A stretch of DNA of 63,927 nt, the filler included, from Hausera hauseri (taxonomy: Eukaryota): the NCBI GenBank assembly GCA_046269625.1. It is 11 parts of 11 records of this genome, joined end to end, with 100 filler letters (N's around TTAATTAATTAA, not from the genome) between each part and the next. Parts side by side here need not be neighbours in the genome. Positions count along the whole stretch, not along the records: positions 43,396 to 53,385 come from JBJURY010258844.1; positions 53,486 to 59,444 come from JBJURY010162976.1; 9 more parts are not named here. The stretch is one strand, 5' to 3'. The notes under the pieces are model-generated. The model did not search any database. It was not told the origin of the DNA and saw only the letters and a list, made by a program, of their open reading frames with translations. A program made the position numbers and the translations under genes. Each line of letters opens with the position of its first letter. Position 1 is the first letter of the stretch. This document shows positions 46,287 through 59,355 of the stretch, one piece after another.

Positions 46287-48000
46287 ATGAAATTTCAATT
46301 GAAAACTATCAAATACAGGATCTCCTCGGTTTTAATTCCTGGTTATGTGCGGGAGTGTGATTATTCAGTGAAGTCACCGAGAGAAATTCTCAATTGGCAA
46401 TATTGTTGTCTAACGAATTCTCCTATCTGGGTAAGCAAACTCCCAAAGATGTCATGTATTAATGTCACCGATGCGGTCAATTCTAATTTGCACGATGGTA
46501 CGATGCTTTGGTCCAACAAATGCACAGATTTCCATTTGTTATTCGATCAAAACGATTTTGGGCGATACGCCTACTGTTTGGAGCTTATTTCACTAAAACG
46601 CTTGATCTTGGATTTTACTGTCTTTTGTGAACGAATGGAGGATTGTTCAAAAGACTTACTCAAAGCAGGAAGTCATTGGATACATGAGCCGATGAATAAT
46701 AATTGGTGTCAGATTAAGGTAATATTCTTTTCCATTGTAAAATATAATGCTGAAGTTAAAATATTTGCATACTATTTGTTGGAGGCTTGTTCGGCATTTT
46801 CGGATGATATTTATAATATTTATAATATTTCGGATGATAATCCTACCCAAACTTCAACCCCTATAGATTCAAAACAGATTTTAATATTTTGAAAATATTT
46901 CGATCCTGTCAATAATTCAATGCATTTCGTTGGATGGGTATATTATGAAATTGCTTTTCAAGTTAGAGAACTATTTCCTGTTTTAAGAAAGCCTGTACAC
47001 ATCCGAAAATGTTCAGGTGATATCATGGGAAGAACGAGGACGAAATCTAACCGTGATAAATTCTAGTGAAAGCTTCATATCACCAATTAATGGAATGATA
47101 ATTATACTTGAGCCAAATGTCAAACCATCCTTATATAAGATCTCTAGGAGTGATTCCCCACAGTATATATAATACAGGTTCTCTTTCTTCACCAATTTTC
47201 AACGCGAAAGATTTCCTAGAAGATTTCCGACAAAAAATAGATGTAGAATTTATTAAAAAAATTTGTGAACTTACTTTTAGAGACATAAATAATAAACCTA
47301 GCCATATTAGAACAGTTATTCGTCTTTCACAGAATGCTAGGTACAGTGAGATTCTTAAATCTCTCGTTTTACATATTTATGTGGCTGACGTAGCTAAAAT
47401 TCAACTTTATAAAACTTCGGTACAGTCTCATAGATATAAAACCAAGCTTATTCCCGGTGATCCCGTCAGAACAACCTTCGACGGAACGTTAGGTATCTAG
47501 AAAATTCTCAAATTCAACAGCAAATTAATGTCATTCTTCCACGTGGAAAGCCAAATCAAAATGTGCCGTTAATTTACACAAATAATCAGCCTTTATCTTG
47601 TCCGACTGGGAATTTTCATTCTGCAAACTGTTACAGACGTCTCTACTTCCAATTATTAAAAATTCCAATTCATGAAGTCGAAGCTATGCAACAGTTTTGC
47701 TGTGTTTTTGTTGATATTCATGTTCAAGAACAAATGGAAATTATAGTAACTTTGCCTAAAATTGGAAGTGCATCAGATTTATTAGCTGAGGCTAAACGTC
47801 AGGCAAGATTAACAAATATAAATTCTCGTTCCTATCGACTCTTCGAGGTTGTTAATCACGGAATCATCAGTCTTATTCCATTGAAACGGAAAATATCAGA
47901 GTTGGAACCGAACGCCGAATCTTTTGGCACCGAATTGACATGGAGTCTTGATCGAATACGTGTATATCGTAGCAAACTGGAAATAACCCAGGTATATAAA
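46287..48000 (+). pseudogene. USP7: Intronless fragment of the USP7 C-terminal Ubl region (about Ubl2-4), no catalytic domain; in-frame stops
   Basis: QILIF*KYFDPVNNSMHFVGWVY...VRELFPVL; AKDFLEDFRQKIDVEF...PGDPVRTTFDGTL; LYFQLLKIPIHEVE...GSASDLLAEAKR...YRLFEVVNHGI. These are collinear with USP7 as recalled (MLFLKMYDP, AKEYFRDLYHRVDVIF, PGNPLRHNYEGTL, LYYQQLKM, GCVRDLLEECKK, LRLLEIV). Confidence 0.8.
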
Positions 48001-48459
48001 GTGAAAAGTCATTTAGATGAAATTTTACCGGCCGAATTAAATCATTATATTTATCGCAATATTGACAAAAATGATCATGCGGAAATCATGTGCCAATCGG
48101 AAGTTGTTCCTGTTGAGGAAATTGCCATTGAATCGGATAAAGGAAAATTGTCTGTTGGAATAAACTCCTTTACCAAATCGGACGATTCGAACAGAGTTGG
48201 ACATAAAATTGTCAGTCATGTCGCAATTGCGGCTAGCGTCGCACCTGAGACGCCTTTAGCAAAATCTGCCAAATTACAACTTGACGATAATACTGTTGGG
48301 TCTGTGGTCAACGCTGAACTGCAAGCGGGGTCCTCGGCTACCCAGCAGTTTGCGGCCCGTCACGGCGCGACTGAAGCCCCGGCCGTCCACCCTATGCCAT
48401 TGGGTCAAACGGCGCCGTTCATTGCCGCACTACGACACGCCCCAGGCCACACGACCCCT

Positions 48460-51400
48460 CCTTATCTCGTTTTCTTTTCTCTAAACAACAGACACATTTG
48501 CACACATACAGTAAAACATGTAAACACAGCTGCCATCCATAAAATCATCTCCACTTCTCTTCACTCCTCTGACTTCGATCTTACACAATGGATCTGTAGT
48601 GCCCTGCGCTGGACCCTTCCAACCTTCTACAATTTGTGTCTGCCTTCACATTTACTTCCGTATCCGTGGTGGCATGGATTTACCACCCACAATTGATACT
48701 ACGGACAAACTCACCAAACCACAGATATCTATCACTTACTTACCCAAACAAAGTGCTTCAAACACTTTGACACAACACACACTCCTCACTCATTCACCCT
48801 GCACAGAATACTTCCTCGACAGCCAAAACTCTACTCAAACTTGGCTAAAACTGCATCAATTCTGACTCCAATCAAAAAACGTCGTCGACTCTTTATCCAA
48901 AGCCAACTGCGTTTTTTTTCATTTACCAGCTTCCATCAAAACTAAAATTACCAATATCATCGACATCCTTCATCACACCGACCCCTATACTCAACTTTTT
49001 AATGCCGTTCTCAAGCTTACTGAGCCGTCAATCGATTCAATCATGCAAAGATTCTTCAACGACAACACCATTGGCCTTCAGAAAACCTCTGAATTCTTGT
49101 ACACATCTTTGTGTCATCTCACTACCCTTGGCGTAACATCTGAGCATAGTCCAGAACTTCGTCGCTATTTTTAAATGCATTGCCCCTTTAAACAAGAGCT
49201 TTGCTTACTGTGGTCGAGGACTCCACGGCTCTGGAAAAGCTAGCCGAACTGGCGGCTAAAGCATATGAAGTACTGCACTTACACACAGCACCAACTATCT
49301 CTGCGGCATTAACAACAGACCAACAACAACAAAATGCAATGCTGCAGCAACAAATTGCGCAATTACGCAGGGAAAATGAAATGTTACAAAAGACAATTAA
49401 CAACATAAATGAGAAATTAAATGAGTTAACGCTGCTTCGACGAGGTTTTTCTATGGCTACTTCCCCTAATGTATTTAACCAACGTCAAAGACGGTCACCT
49501 TCACCCGCGCGGTTGTCTATTTGTTACTACCATAACAAATTTGGTAATAATGCTCAAAAATGCTGCATCGGTTATAAATTTTACTCCCCCAATTTCAATA
49601 AAAGCAACATTGCTTGCATCTATTACTCGAACTTTGGCACAAAAGCACAATAATGCCTACCTGGCTGTAACTACAACACACACAATAAAACCAACACTAC
49701 TATGCTCACACAAAACAGTAGGCCAAACTCACCAGCTACAAAAAACGGATTTCGCCGCTAAAACACACTGCAAGTTCTAGCAAAGGCAACAACATGTAAA
49801 AAGATAACCGACACATTTCCTTTGCTGTATTCACGTTGGAAGCAGCAGTTGTCACCCCAACAAAGCAAAACATTAACTTTCTTATAGACACCGGCGCAGC
49901 AATCTCTTTACTACCATCAACACAGCATATCCAAAACAATTTCACTTCAAAAAAGCAACTGTTTACTGTGTCCGGTGAAACTTTACAAATTTTTGGTGTT
50001 ACCAAATTAACGTTAACTCTTCCACATTTCCCAAATACATTCACTTGGAAATTTACAATAGACAATATACGCACACCTATATTAGGTTCAGACTTTCTGT
50101 TCCACTACAATTTACTTGTAGATTGCAAACGATGTTCCTTAAAGTGCGGAAATAATCTTAACCAAATTAGCAGCATTTCGGTGACCACCCGGACGATCGC
50201 TTATATCAAGTCAAGACTGAAAAAAACGACCTCCGATTTGAATTATTTTTATAATCACTCATTATACAGAAATTTTTACTACGGTGACATATGCGATATT
50301 GCCAACTGCGTGGCACCTATTACTGATAGTACAGCTGCCAACACCATATTCAACACGAACATCCTGCAACAAATACCGTCTAGTCACAACATCTTGTCTA
50401 CAACTCATAGCGCAACTGCATCCAGTTACGATGCATCGACACCATCGGATAACTTTTCATCGTTGCCTTCTGATCCACAGCAATACATTTCGTCTTCCTG
50501 CACGCGTCTGTTGCAGAAGGACAAATCATTCGTACTACCTCAATCCACCTTCCATCACATATTAACAACACATCAAAGACCAATACGGCAAATGGTCCGC
50601 TGGTTATCGACTCGCCGGAGACAGGCAGTGGAGGCTGAGTTTCTCAAACTGGAAAGATCAGGAATAATCAGAAGATCCAAATCCCCGTGGTCTTCACCAC
50701 CGCATGTGGTTCCAAAAAAAGATGGCACTTTTCGCCCATGCGGTGATTATCGCCAACTCAATATCATAACAACAATGGATGCCTACCCTCTACCATTAAT
50801 CAACGACATTCTTTACATGCTCCATGGTTCGACCATCTTTTAATGCATTGGTTTACACAAAGCATACCACCAAATTCCGGTGGCCCCAGCAGACATTTTG
50901 AAAACGGCCGTCATTACACCCTTCGGCCTTTTCGAATATCTGTTCATGCCTTTTGGACTCGGTAGCGCTTCCCAGACCTTCCAAAGGCATACTGATACAG
51001 TTCTATCAGGTTTAGACTTTGCTTATCCCTATATCGATGATATCTTATTTGCATCATCCTCCTCGAAACAGTACTCCGAACACTTACGTTTGACCTTCCA
51101 ACGCTTGCACCAAAACAATTTGCAAATTAATTTCGCCAAATGCTTTTTTTCAATATAAGGTCAACTTCCTAGAATACCTTATTAGCTTCTCCAGACATTC
51201 ACCTCAGCCAGAGCGCATAACAGCTAAAAAACATACAACTACCATGTACATCAACATAGATGTGTTCTTTTCTCGGAACCTTGCACTTTCTTCATAAGTA
51301 TGTTCCACACTGCTCCACTCTAACCGCTCAATTTGCATCACTAAGCTCTGGCAAGAAAAAACAGCCTATTCAATGGACCGCCAAGCTAGTCAACGCTTTC

Positions 51401-53385
51401 GATCACCTCAAACATAATCTAAAATCTGTGGAAATTCTAGCCTATCCCGACTCCCATGCAGAACTCTTCTTAACCACGGACGCATCCACAACAGCTGCAG
51501 GTGCTGTTCTCCATCAAGTCAAAAGTGGATTCCATGAGCCATTAGAATTCTTTTCTCGAAAATTCACGGCACGAGAGCAAAGATATTCCACATTTGACAG
51601 AGTGTTGCTTATATTGGTCCTTACTGTAAAACACTTTAAACATGTGCTAACTGCACAAATTTTTACAAAACAGAAGTACCACAAGCTCTTGTTCAAATTC
51701 TCGCCATGAAATCGCCTTTTCCACATCAAGAGAGACAAATATCGTATTTGTTAACGTTTAATTTTGTAATTAAGCACTTAAACGGAGTCGACGATTTAGT
51801 AGCTGACTTTTTGTCCCGATCGGTCAGCTCGACTGATTTCAAACGAATTTTTCCTCAATCCAAACTTCCACAAAACCAGCCACCTCCTGACATTCTTAAA
51901 TCTTTTAAATCAAACAAAACCATCGAAGGTGTGGCCTTTGACACCCCCAAATCTCATAATCCTAAAGTAATCCTTTCTGAATCGTTTTAAAAAAAGCATT
52001 CAACAACATCCATTCGTTGCACCATCCTGGTGCCAAGGCCACTTTTCAACTCTTACAACATCAAGTAGTATGGCCGTCGATGTGCTCTGACGTGCAGGCA
52101 TGGGTTAGGCACTGTGTAGCATGCCAAAAATACAAAGTTACTAAGCACTTAAAGCCACCAATATATCATTTTCCCTGCACGTCTCGTTTTGAATCTGTTC
52201 ACATTGACCTCGTAGGTTCACTACGTTTAGACAACGGCCATCAGTTTATTTCACAATGATGGACCGTTCCTCGCGATGGCCAGAGGCTGTCCCGCTTCGG
52301 AGCACCAACACAGAAACAATCGCAGATGTTTCCATCCGCACTTGGATTAGCAGGTTTGGATCACCTCGCCACATCATTTCGGATCAAGGTTCACAGTTCG
52401 AATCTAACCTGTTTAAATCTCTTGTCAATCGATTGGGAATTAACCACATTCACACGTCACCGTATCATCCCCAATCGAAGGGCTTTCTTGAACGCTTTTA
52501 CCGAACGATGAAAACGTCTCTCAAAATCCTTGCTGAGTCCAATCGCAGTTAAACTACACTCCTCCACTACGTTCTGCTTGGCTGGCGGAACACATCATCT
52601 ACTTCTACATGCTGCTCTCCTGCAGAAGCATTATTTGGTACTTCTATTAGACCATTATTCGACCTGGCTGAGCTGGACAATATTTCTACAGACGAAACCA
52701 TACAATCGGCACAGAGACACTTCATTGAGATCAGCAAAGACTCATTTCGTAGACTGTTACAGGGAAATAAACCCAACATACTCGACGATTTATACACTGC
52801 CAAGTTCGTATGGCTAAAGAATCAGACGCCGTGTAATTTTCAACTTCAGTATGTTCGCCCTTACAAAGTAATTCGTTTACACTCCCACAACACCATCATT
52901 CTCAAGGACAACAAAGAAGTAACAGTCTTCCATATCTGCTCCATTCGTTAACCCACTTTCCCCTACGTTTTCTCCCAAGACTTCCACATCAGTTTTTTCT
53001 GACAGTTCCTCCCGTTTTTCCCCATCCGATTTTGCACCCTTAAGCATTGTAACACCTCCTTCATTTCCTGGTGACAACCTGCTTTCTCCTTTTACAAGAA
53101 CACCACTTCTACTTCATAAATCTCTCCATCTTCTTGCTCTCTTCCGTTTTGTCCCTCTTCGCCATCTTCTCACTCTCTTTCTCTTTTTCCTTCCGCTCCT
53201 TCCTCATTTTTGGCCCTCCCTTCCACCCTCTCTCATCACACATCGTCTTTTACTCCTTTCATCTCCGCTTCACAACTTCCTTCTCCTTCTACCTCTATTC
53301 CTATCTCTCTCTCTTTCTCTACCACTCCCTCAGTCTCATTTTCTACTTCTACTCTTTCGTCTACCACAATTCCAATTTCTACCTC
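48460..53385 (+). mobile_element. Ubl-Gag family copy I: Ubl (ends YFRIRGG at 48673), gag, AAAAAAC frameshift, near-complete decayed pol
   Basis: YLVFFSLNNRHICTHT...LHIYFRIRGGMDLPPTIDTTDK; tandem CYYH/CIYY knuckles; LIDTGAAIS; YIDDILF; TTDASTTA; HHPG...CVAC; SDQG. Confidence 0.9.
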
Positions 53386-53485
53386 NNNNNNNNNNNNNNN
53401 NNNNNNNNNNNNNNNNNNNNNNNNNNNNNTTAATTAATTAANNNNNNNNNNNNNNNNNNNNNNNNNNNNNNNNNNNNNNNNNNNN

Positions 53486-54650
53486 TCACACTCATATGTC
53501 AATAGAACTTCTCCGGTTACTCGTCTAAAAACACCTTCCTTCATCGGAATTATTGGTGATGCCAACTCGGGATTTGCCTATATTAAAGCTAATTTAGTTC
53601 TCATGATTTCCAAATCCAATTTACAGTCGTTTGTTATCACTTTACGGTATAACTCGGCTATTCCGGCTTGTCCTTTATAGTAGAAATAGTCGTCTCTGTT
53701 CTTCAAATAGTCTTCAATCCGGATGTCCTGAGTCTCGAGTGTGAACGTTCTGGAGTTTATTTCTGTCTCGGCTACGAAAAATGCTTTATAGTTGGTGGCA
53801 TACATTACGACGTCGCATCTGGTAAGCATAGCCTTTTTTTTACCAATTTCAGCCCATGAGTGTCAGAGATCAGTATCGTAGGTGTGGACTGTTCGGCTAC
53901 ATCTTCTCGTGTTTTAGAGTTAGTTTCCATGCTACTTATGTATCGCTTTCTTGCCGTTTCGTTGAATTTAAGCTCTTTAATACTGATAAAGTTGCAATCG
54001 GTCTTGGCTGGAGTTCCCAAATTATTACGGAACTTCGAAACGGGCATGTGCCATCTTGAATGCGGCATTTGTGGTTATCGGTGTAAAGTTTAGTAACGCT
54101 ATGAAACATCACTTTCTGTATACGCATTACGGTTTCGTAAAAATCCACTACTACGACGTTTGACTCTAATCCCATTCTGGTATCGTATTCCGAACCGTGA
54201 CAATATCCAGTATGCATATCCAGCCTTCCTGCTGCAACTTTATACACTCTGATTATTTTCCCTTGCTGCATTTCCATTTCCGTATTATCCCATTTTATTC
54301 TCCCCGTTTCTTTAACTTGCTTACAATGCTGTGGCTCTAAATTCATCGGAATTAGTGAAGTTGTTGGCTTTATTACTGACGAGTGTCCATGTACCACTCC
54401 ACAATGGAAAATGCTGCGAGATCGCCGCAACATACATTCTACTCCGTCTAGTTCGCGTTGCTGATATAGTATATAACTTTTTTCTTTTGTTTCTAATCTG
54501 TGGGGCCTCACATTTTCGCACATTTCCAAGTCCATTAACGAATATTTTTGCCGAGTTTGAATTTGTCACAATCATATACTGTGACTGCGCCCATTTGCCT
54601 TATTAACATCATCACGGTCAAAAAATTGATTAGCCAGTTCGATTCATTTC
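53486..54650 (-). pseudogene. Chuvirus-like class III (gB-like) glycoprotein, truncated by the contig end
   Basis: AVTVYDC after a hydrophobic leader; ECMLRRSRSIFHCGVVHGHSS; GYCHGSEY...NVVV; LYRKVITNDCKLDLEIMRTKLAL; VTGEVLLTYEC. Confidence 0.8.
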
Positions 54651-57600
54651 CTCTGCGATTTCCAGTCACGTTTCGCAGCAGATATCCAAATCTATTGTTA
54701 TCGAAGAAGAATCTATTTTGATGCTCTTCTTCTTTTCGAATAGCTTCGTCCAGTCCACTTCTCAGGGCAGTTTCCTGGCAGCCTTCCTTGCCAAGCTAGT
54801 AGCCTTGTTAAATTTACTTTCTCGGATCGGGTTGGTTTTGAAGGCCAGATATAACAACACTTTTCTCAATTCCTCTATAGTGTTTCTTACCATAATTTTC
54901 TCGATTATCATTTCATCGCTTAGAGTACTTCTGGTTAATTTTCACCGAAGGCCTTTCATAGCCTTTGCGGCGTTCGCTATGGCTTTCTCTTTCTTATCTA
55001 ATACATCACCGCCGAGGCTAAAGTTGTTTACTATTCGTATCAAGTCTTTCATTAGTTCGTTCAGTCCCTCATTATCCACATTAAAGGGCGGCAGGGACAT
55101 TTGTCTCAACTCTTGATTAAATCTCCATTGCAATCGATTTCCTCTCGTGTTTTCCGCGGCCTACTGACAGAACGCTTCTGTTTTATTAAAATAGGTACAT
55201 TGCTATTTATGGGTACTAAATTTTTATCGTATTGTTCATTATCTTCATTTGTCTGGAGATACTCGAAATATGCTGTTGGATCTCGGACTCCTATTATTTG
55301 TCCTACATGTTATTCTGCTTTAACCTTCCTTATAGCCTCGTCCTTTGTTTTGTCGATTGCGGTAGTTACCACTAACCGGTTTGCCTGACCTGGAATAATT
55401 CCGACTTCTATCAATAATTCCGACTCGTCTAGTATCCTTCATCTAAAATAGAGTCTATAGCTTGGCTGGTGGGCGTATTTATTGTTCTTTATACACAGTA
55501 ATACATCTTTTTCAAGGGAGCGCGTGGTAAACTCTTATTCCTTCTCGTCTATCCAGTCTGATGTTATCTTTACCGGGAATATTTCCTCTGCCCTTGCCTT
55601 TAAGTTTTTGGCATATTCCTTGAGTAAAATCTTAGGTACCGTACTGGAAGTCGTTATTTCGCTAGCTAACTTAGTTAAGGTAGGAACTAGATGTCTCAAT
55701 TGATTTTCAGTGAGGTTCACTTCAATTAATTGAATTAAATCCTTTTCGGTTTGTACCGGGTCCAGAAGCATTTCTACGTTGAACTTTTGTTCCAGATAGT
55801 ATACATCCCTTTCATCCAATCGTATTGGGGTTTTCTGATTCTTGGCAATCACTGCGTATTATTTTTTTCCCAATCTGAATCGTTTTTATTGTCCGGCGAT
55901 TAATAACCCTTCAATGGTATATCAGGTGGCCTGTTCACACTTGCGGTCCATGTATTTTTTCTGACTTATTGTAGTTTCTGTTGCATTTGGACCATTTTCG
56001 TCGTTCGGAAACAGCGTTTATTATCAGAAGTTTGGCGTGACAGTGTTAATAACGAACATAATTCTTCGGGTGAAATTAAACCCTCTTCTTGATATTTTGT
56101 TAGTTCAGACGTGACATCTCTTTCCCATCTTTGAATGAGATGTGACTTGTCAGCCTTTTCTGCTTTTGTAAGGGCGTATTTGATTTTATATACTTTGAGC
56201 TCTCTATCTTATTCGTCTAATCCTATCGCTCTCTGCTTCGTCTTAATGCAAGTTTCTTCGACTTGTTGTATCTGCTGCAACAATTGTCTTAACCTTTTAT
56301 CTCTAATTTCTGCCATTTCTGCCGCCAATAGCAATAATTCATACATTTCGTTAATACTCTTCGAATCGGGATCTATTACATATAATAATTTTTTTACAAA
56401 TTTGATCTCTTTGAAGCTAAGGTGATGGTCATTCTTTATTTTAATCAGTTTGGTATGATAACTTTGATCTATTCCACCCCTCCATTCTTGGGGGCAATTT
56501 AAGAACTGCACCGCTTTTTCAACGACTGACCGATATTCGGGACAAAAATCTAAGGTTTCAAGATCTTCGATTGAGATTGCTTCGATAGGCTTGGCTGTCA
56601 AATACCGTATTCCTTTCAGGCGGATATCTCTTAATCGCGGATAGAAATCGCAAGTCGTATTTCGCTTCCGCACAAAGTTTGTTTCTTCGACCATCTTATA
56701 TATTTCATCTAGTATAGTCATTTCTTGTTTCTTTTTCATAAAGTCCAATTTGTGTAATGCATCAAATTGGGTTCGGATGTCAATTTCTGCTTTCATCGTG
56801 TCTAGATTTTGAGCGTCTTCCTCCAATTGTTTCTTTACTGTTGGTTTGCTATCCGGGAACTATTTTTTCCGACTTTCTACTAATTTACGCAACTTTGTTA
56901 TTACATCGGACCATTTGTTCAACTGATTAGCGATTTATGGCTTTACCAATATTGCTTTGTCTAATATTTTGCAAGCGTCCTCCAGCTCATCATCTGGACC
57001 TTGGATAAAATCGAGGATCCGGCAAGCATAGTCAAATTCGTCTTTATATTTGTCGAATTCAAGAATACAAGTCATAATTATTTTCTGTGTTTCATTATTA
57101 TTTGGATGCATGATTCTATTCCCCAGGCTGTATATTTGGGACCTTTCTCGGCCTCAATTCTAATACGGTTTTCCAAACTTGTATACTGTCTAGTTGCATT
57201 ATTTATCATTTCCGTTAGGTGCGGAATATCTAATAAATCTATGCCCATTATTTTTAAATCGACCTCAGTCCGTTATTTAACCGGTTTCTTTTTCAGTCGG
57301 TCGAATATGATGAATGTAATTTCATCCATAACACGCTTTAAGTTACGTACTACTCTTTATAATTTCGGGTTAGCTTTTAATGTAGTCAATAGAGACTGAG
57401 CTAGGTTGATTCTAGCTTCGATGTCTTGAGTAGTTTTATCCCATGCTTCTGAAGTTTCATTCCACTTTTCGTCCATCGTTCTAATTCGTGTTTCCACTGA
57501 GCTAGTGTTTCTTCTGCCACTTCCTCAGGATGGTCTAAGTCTATGGCTTCGCTTAGTTTTCCTTCACTGTATAGTTTCATCTTTTTTTATAATCTGTCTA

Positions 57601-58179
57601 GAAACTGTTGTTCCTTGCCAGAAATATCAACTTGATCACTTATTGCTTTTAGTTTCGCTAGATTCTGTTGTACTGCCTCTGGATTGAAACAATTCATCCT
57701 CATTCTTTTTAATTCTTTGGCGTTTTTCCACGAGCGTCTGACGTACCACTTTTAGGATCGAGTTTGTCTTCTGGTTCTGCTTCCTCTTCACTAGAAGGTA
57801 AAGGACATATATCATTTATTTTATTTATTGATTCCGTTCGACTACCCATTTCATTAATTTCCGGAGTGTTCCAAGCAAACTCAGTGTCTCTCTCCAGCAC
57901 GATTTTTGTACCTCTCTTTGTGTCCGGCTTCTTAGTCATCGGGGATCTCAAACGATCCTTACGTTTCCGTCTCAATGATGGGCTACGGCCTATATTCTTT
58001 GTAATTTTAAGGATTAGTGGTTCCAGAAACTCTTTTTCTTCGTCTGACTTCACCTTTTGGAGCACCTTTCTTATCGTATACTCGGATGCTACATCTAGAT
58101 CTACTTTTTGCGGAGTCTCAGATTTTCTTGATTCAATTAACTTTTTGTTTATCGCAGGAATGTTCTTTTTTCGTGCCAT
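54650..58179 (-). pseudogene. Long fragmented ORF2 between gag and the glycoprotein: charged/coiled-coil regions, a helical domain and a Ubl domain (55361-55582)
   Basis: ORF fragments 57709-58179, 56209-56826, 55535-55852, 54942-55133; read-through gives FPVKIT...YRLYFR*RILDESELLIEVGIIPGQANRLVV. Confidence 0.55.
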
Positions 58180-58257
58180 ATCACTCAGCCTTGGTGGGGC
58201 AATGGAACGTTCATATTCCGTTTCTGGTTCGCGTATACCGTAATAGACTTCTAATAG

Positions 58258-59355
58258 TCATAATGGGTGTTCATACTCGTTTCTAGCTACTAAAACTTTG
58301 GGGTCCTTCGTATCAGGCTGGGCCTTTAGAAAACGGCGTAAATCCTGTATCTCGATAATCATTCCTGTGTCTCTATGAACACCGTAAATTGCTTCTAAAT
58401 TTTTATTTTTAATTACGTCAGTCTTACTAGGTTCCACAAACAAGACATTTCGCGAATTCGGACAGGATATTGCTATGAGTCCTTCTTGTTTACATGTAAA
58501 ACAGACTAAATTGCCATTTTTTCCAACTCTTTGTCTGCCATCTTCGTTTAACGGAGATTTAGATCTACTCGGATTTCCATTGTAGTTTGGTTGCGACGAG
58601 ACCTGTCTAGGGTCTCCATATTGGCGATTATCGAAATTTTGGCTGTCATTCTGTCGATTAAAATTATTGAAGCCATCTAGGCGTTTATGCGTATGATAAT
58701 TTAATTTATTGGAAAAACTATTTCGACTATTATCAAAATTCTGATTACTATATAGCTCGTTTCTTCGGTCATAATTACTGTTCTTGTTCCGATCCCCATA
58801 ATTCCTGTTATATCGTCTATCGTTTCTATTATTTCGATTTCTGTTGCTTCGCTCTCCTTGTTCATTATTTCTATCATTTCTGTCATTGTTTCTGGCATAT
58901 CTATCCAATGCCATTTTTAAGTCCTGAGCTAATTGCAATATCCTATCAAAATTTTCCGGTCGTACTAGAATCAATTGCTTTACTATGTCTTTAGACCAAA
59001 TACCATTTATTAATTGCGTCATCATCATGACGTCTAAATCTGGCGGACTTGCTTTTTCTGCAGCCTCACATTCTGTTTTGTTTTTAGCCTTGGCTATGTT
59101 TGCTATTCTTAAGGTGCTTACGTAACTATTTGCATATTTCTTTAATGCAAAAGCGAATTGGGTTATCGATTTACCCTTTTGTTGCACTCTATTCTGAAAA
59201 GCCATGAGTTTTTGTTGCGGAGTTACAGTCGGTAACAATTTTCGATTTAAAGCTCCTACCAGCGAAAACCAAATTTTCTTCTCATCATCCGTTAGTTCAC
59301 TATAGGCATCGGCGGCCAAATTCTTCAAATATAATGACAAACGCTTAATCATCAC
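58258..59355 (-). CDS. gag: Ty3/Gypsy-type Gag, 5'-incomplete
   Basis: RLSLYLKNLAADAY...FQNRVQQKGKSITQF (Retrotrans_gag-like); N/R-rich linker; CFTCKQEGLIAISC degenerate CCHC knuckle. Confidence 0.8.
   Translation of the reverse strand: MMIKRLSLYLKNLAADAYSELTDDEKKIWFSLVGALNRKLLPTVTPQQKLMAFQNRVQQKGKSITQFAFALKKYANSYVSTLRIANIAKAKNKTECEAAEKASPPDLDVMMMTQLINGIWSKDIVKQLILVRPENFDRILQLAQDLKMALDRYARNNDRNDRNNEQGERSNRNRNNRNDRRYNRNYGDRNKNSNYDRRNELYSNQNFDNSRNSFSNKLNYHTHKRLDGFNNFNRQNDSQNFDNRQYGDPRQVSSQPNYNGNPSRSKSPLNEDGRQRVGKNGNLVCFTCKQEGLIAISCPNSRNVLFVEPSKTDVIKNKNLEAIYGVHRDTGMIIEIQDLRRFLKAQPDTKDPKVLVARNEYEHPL

Noticed and set aside
56470-56490. WRGG (and CRGG near 61230) as further ubiquitin-type cleavage sites
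   Set aside because: Not preceded by a Ubl-like sequence and not conserved between J and K
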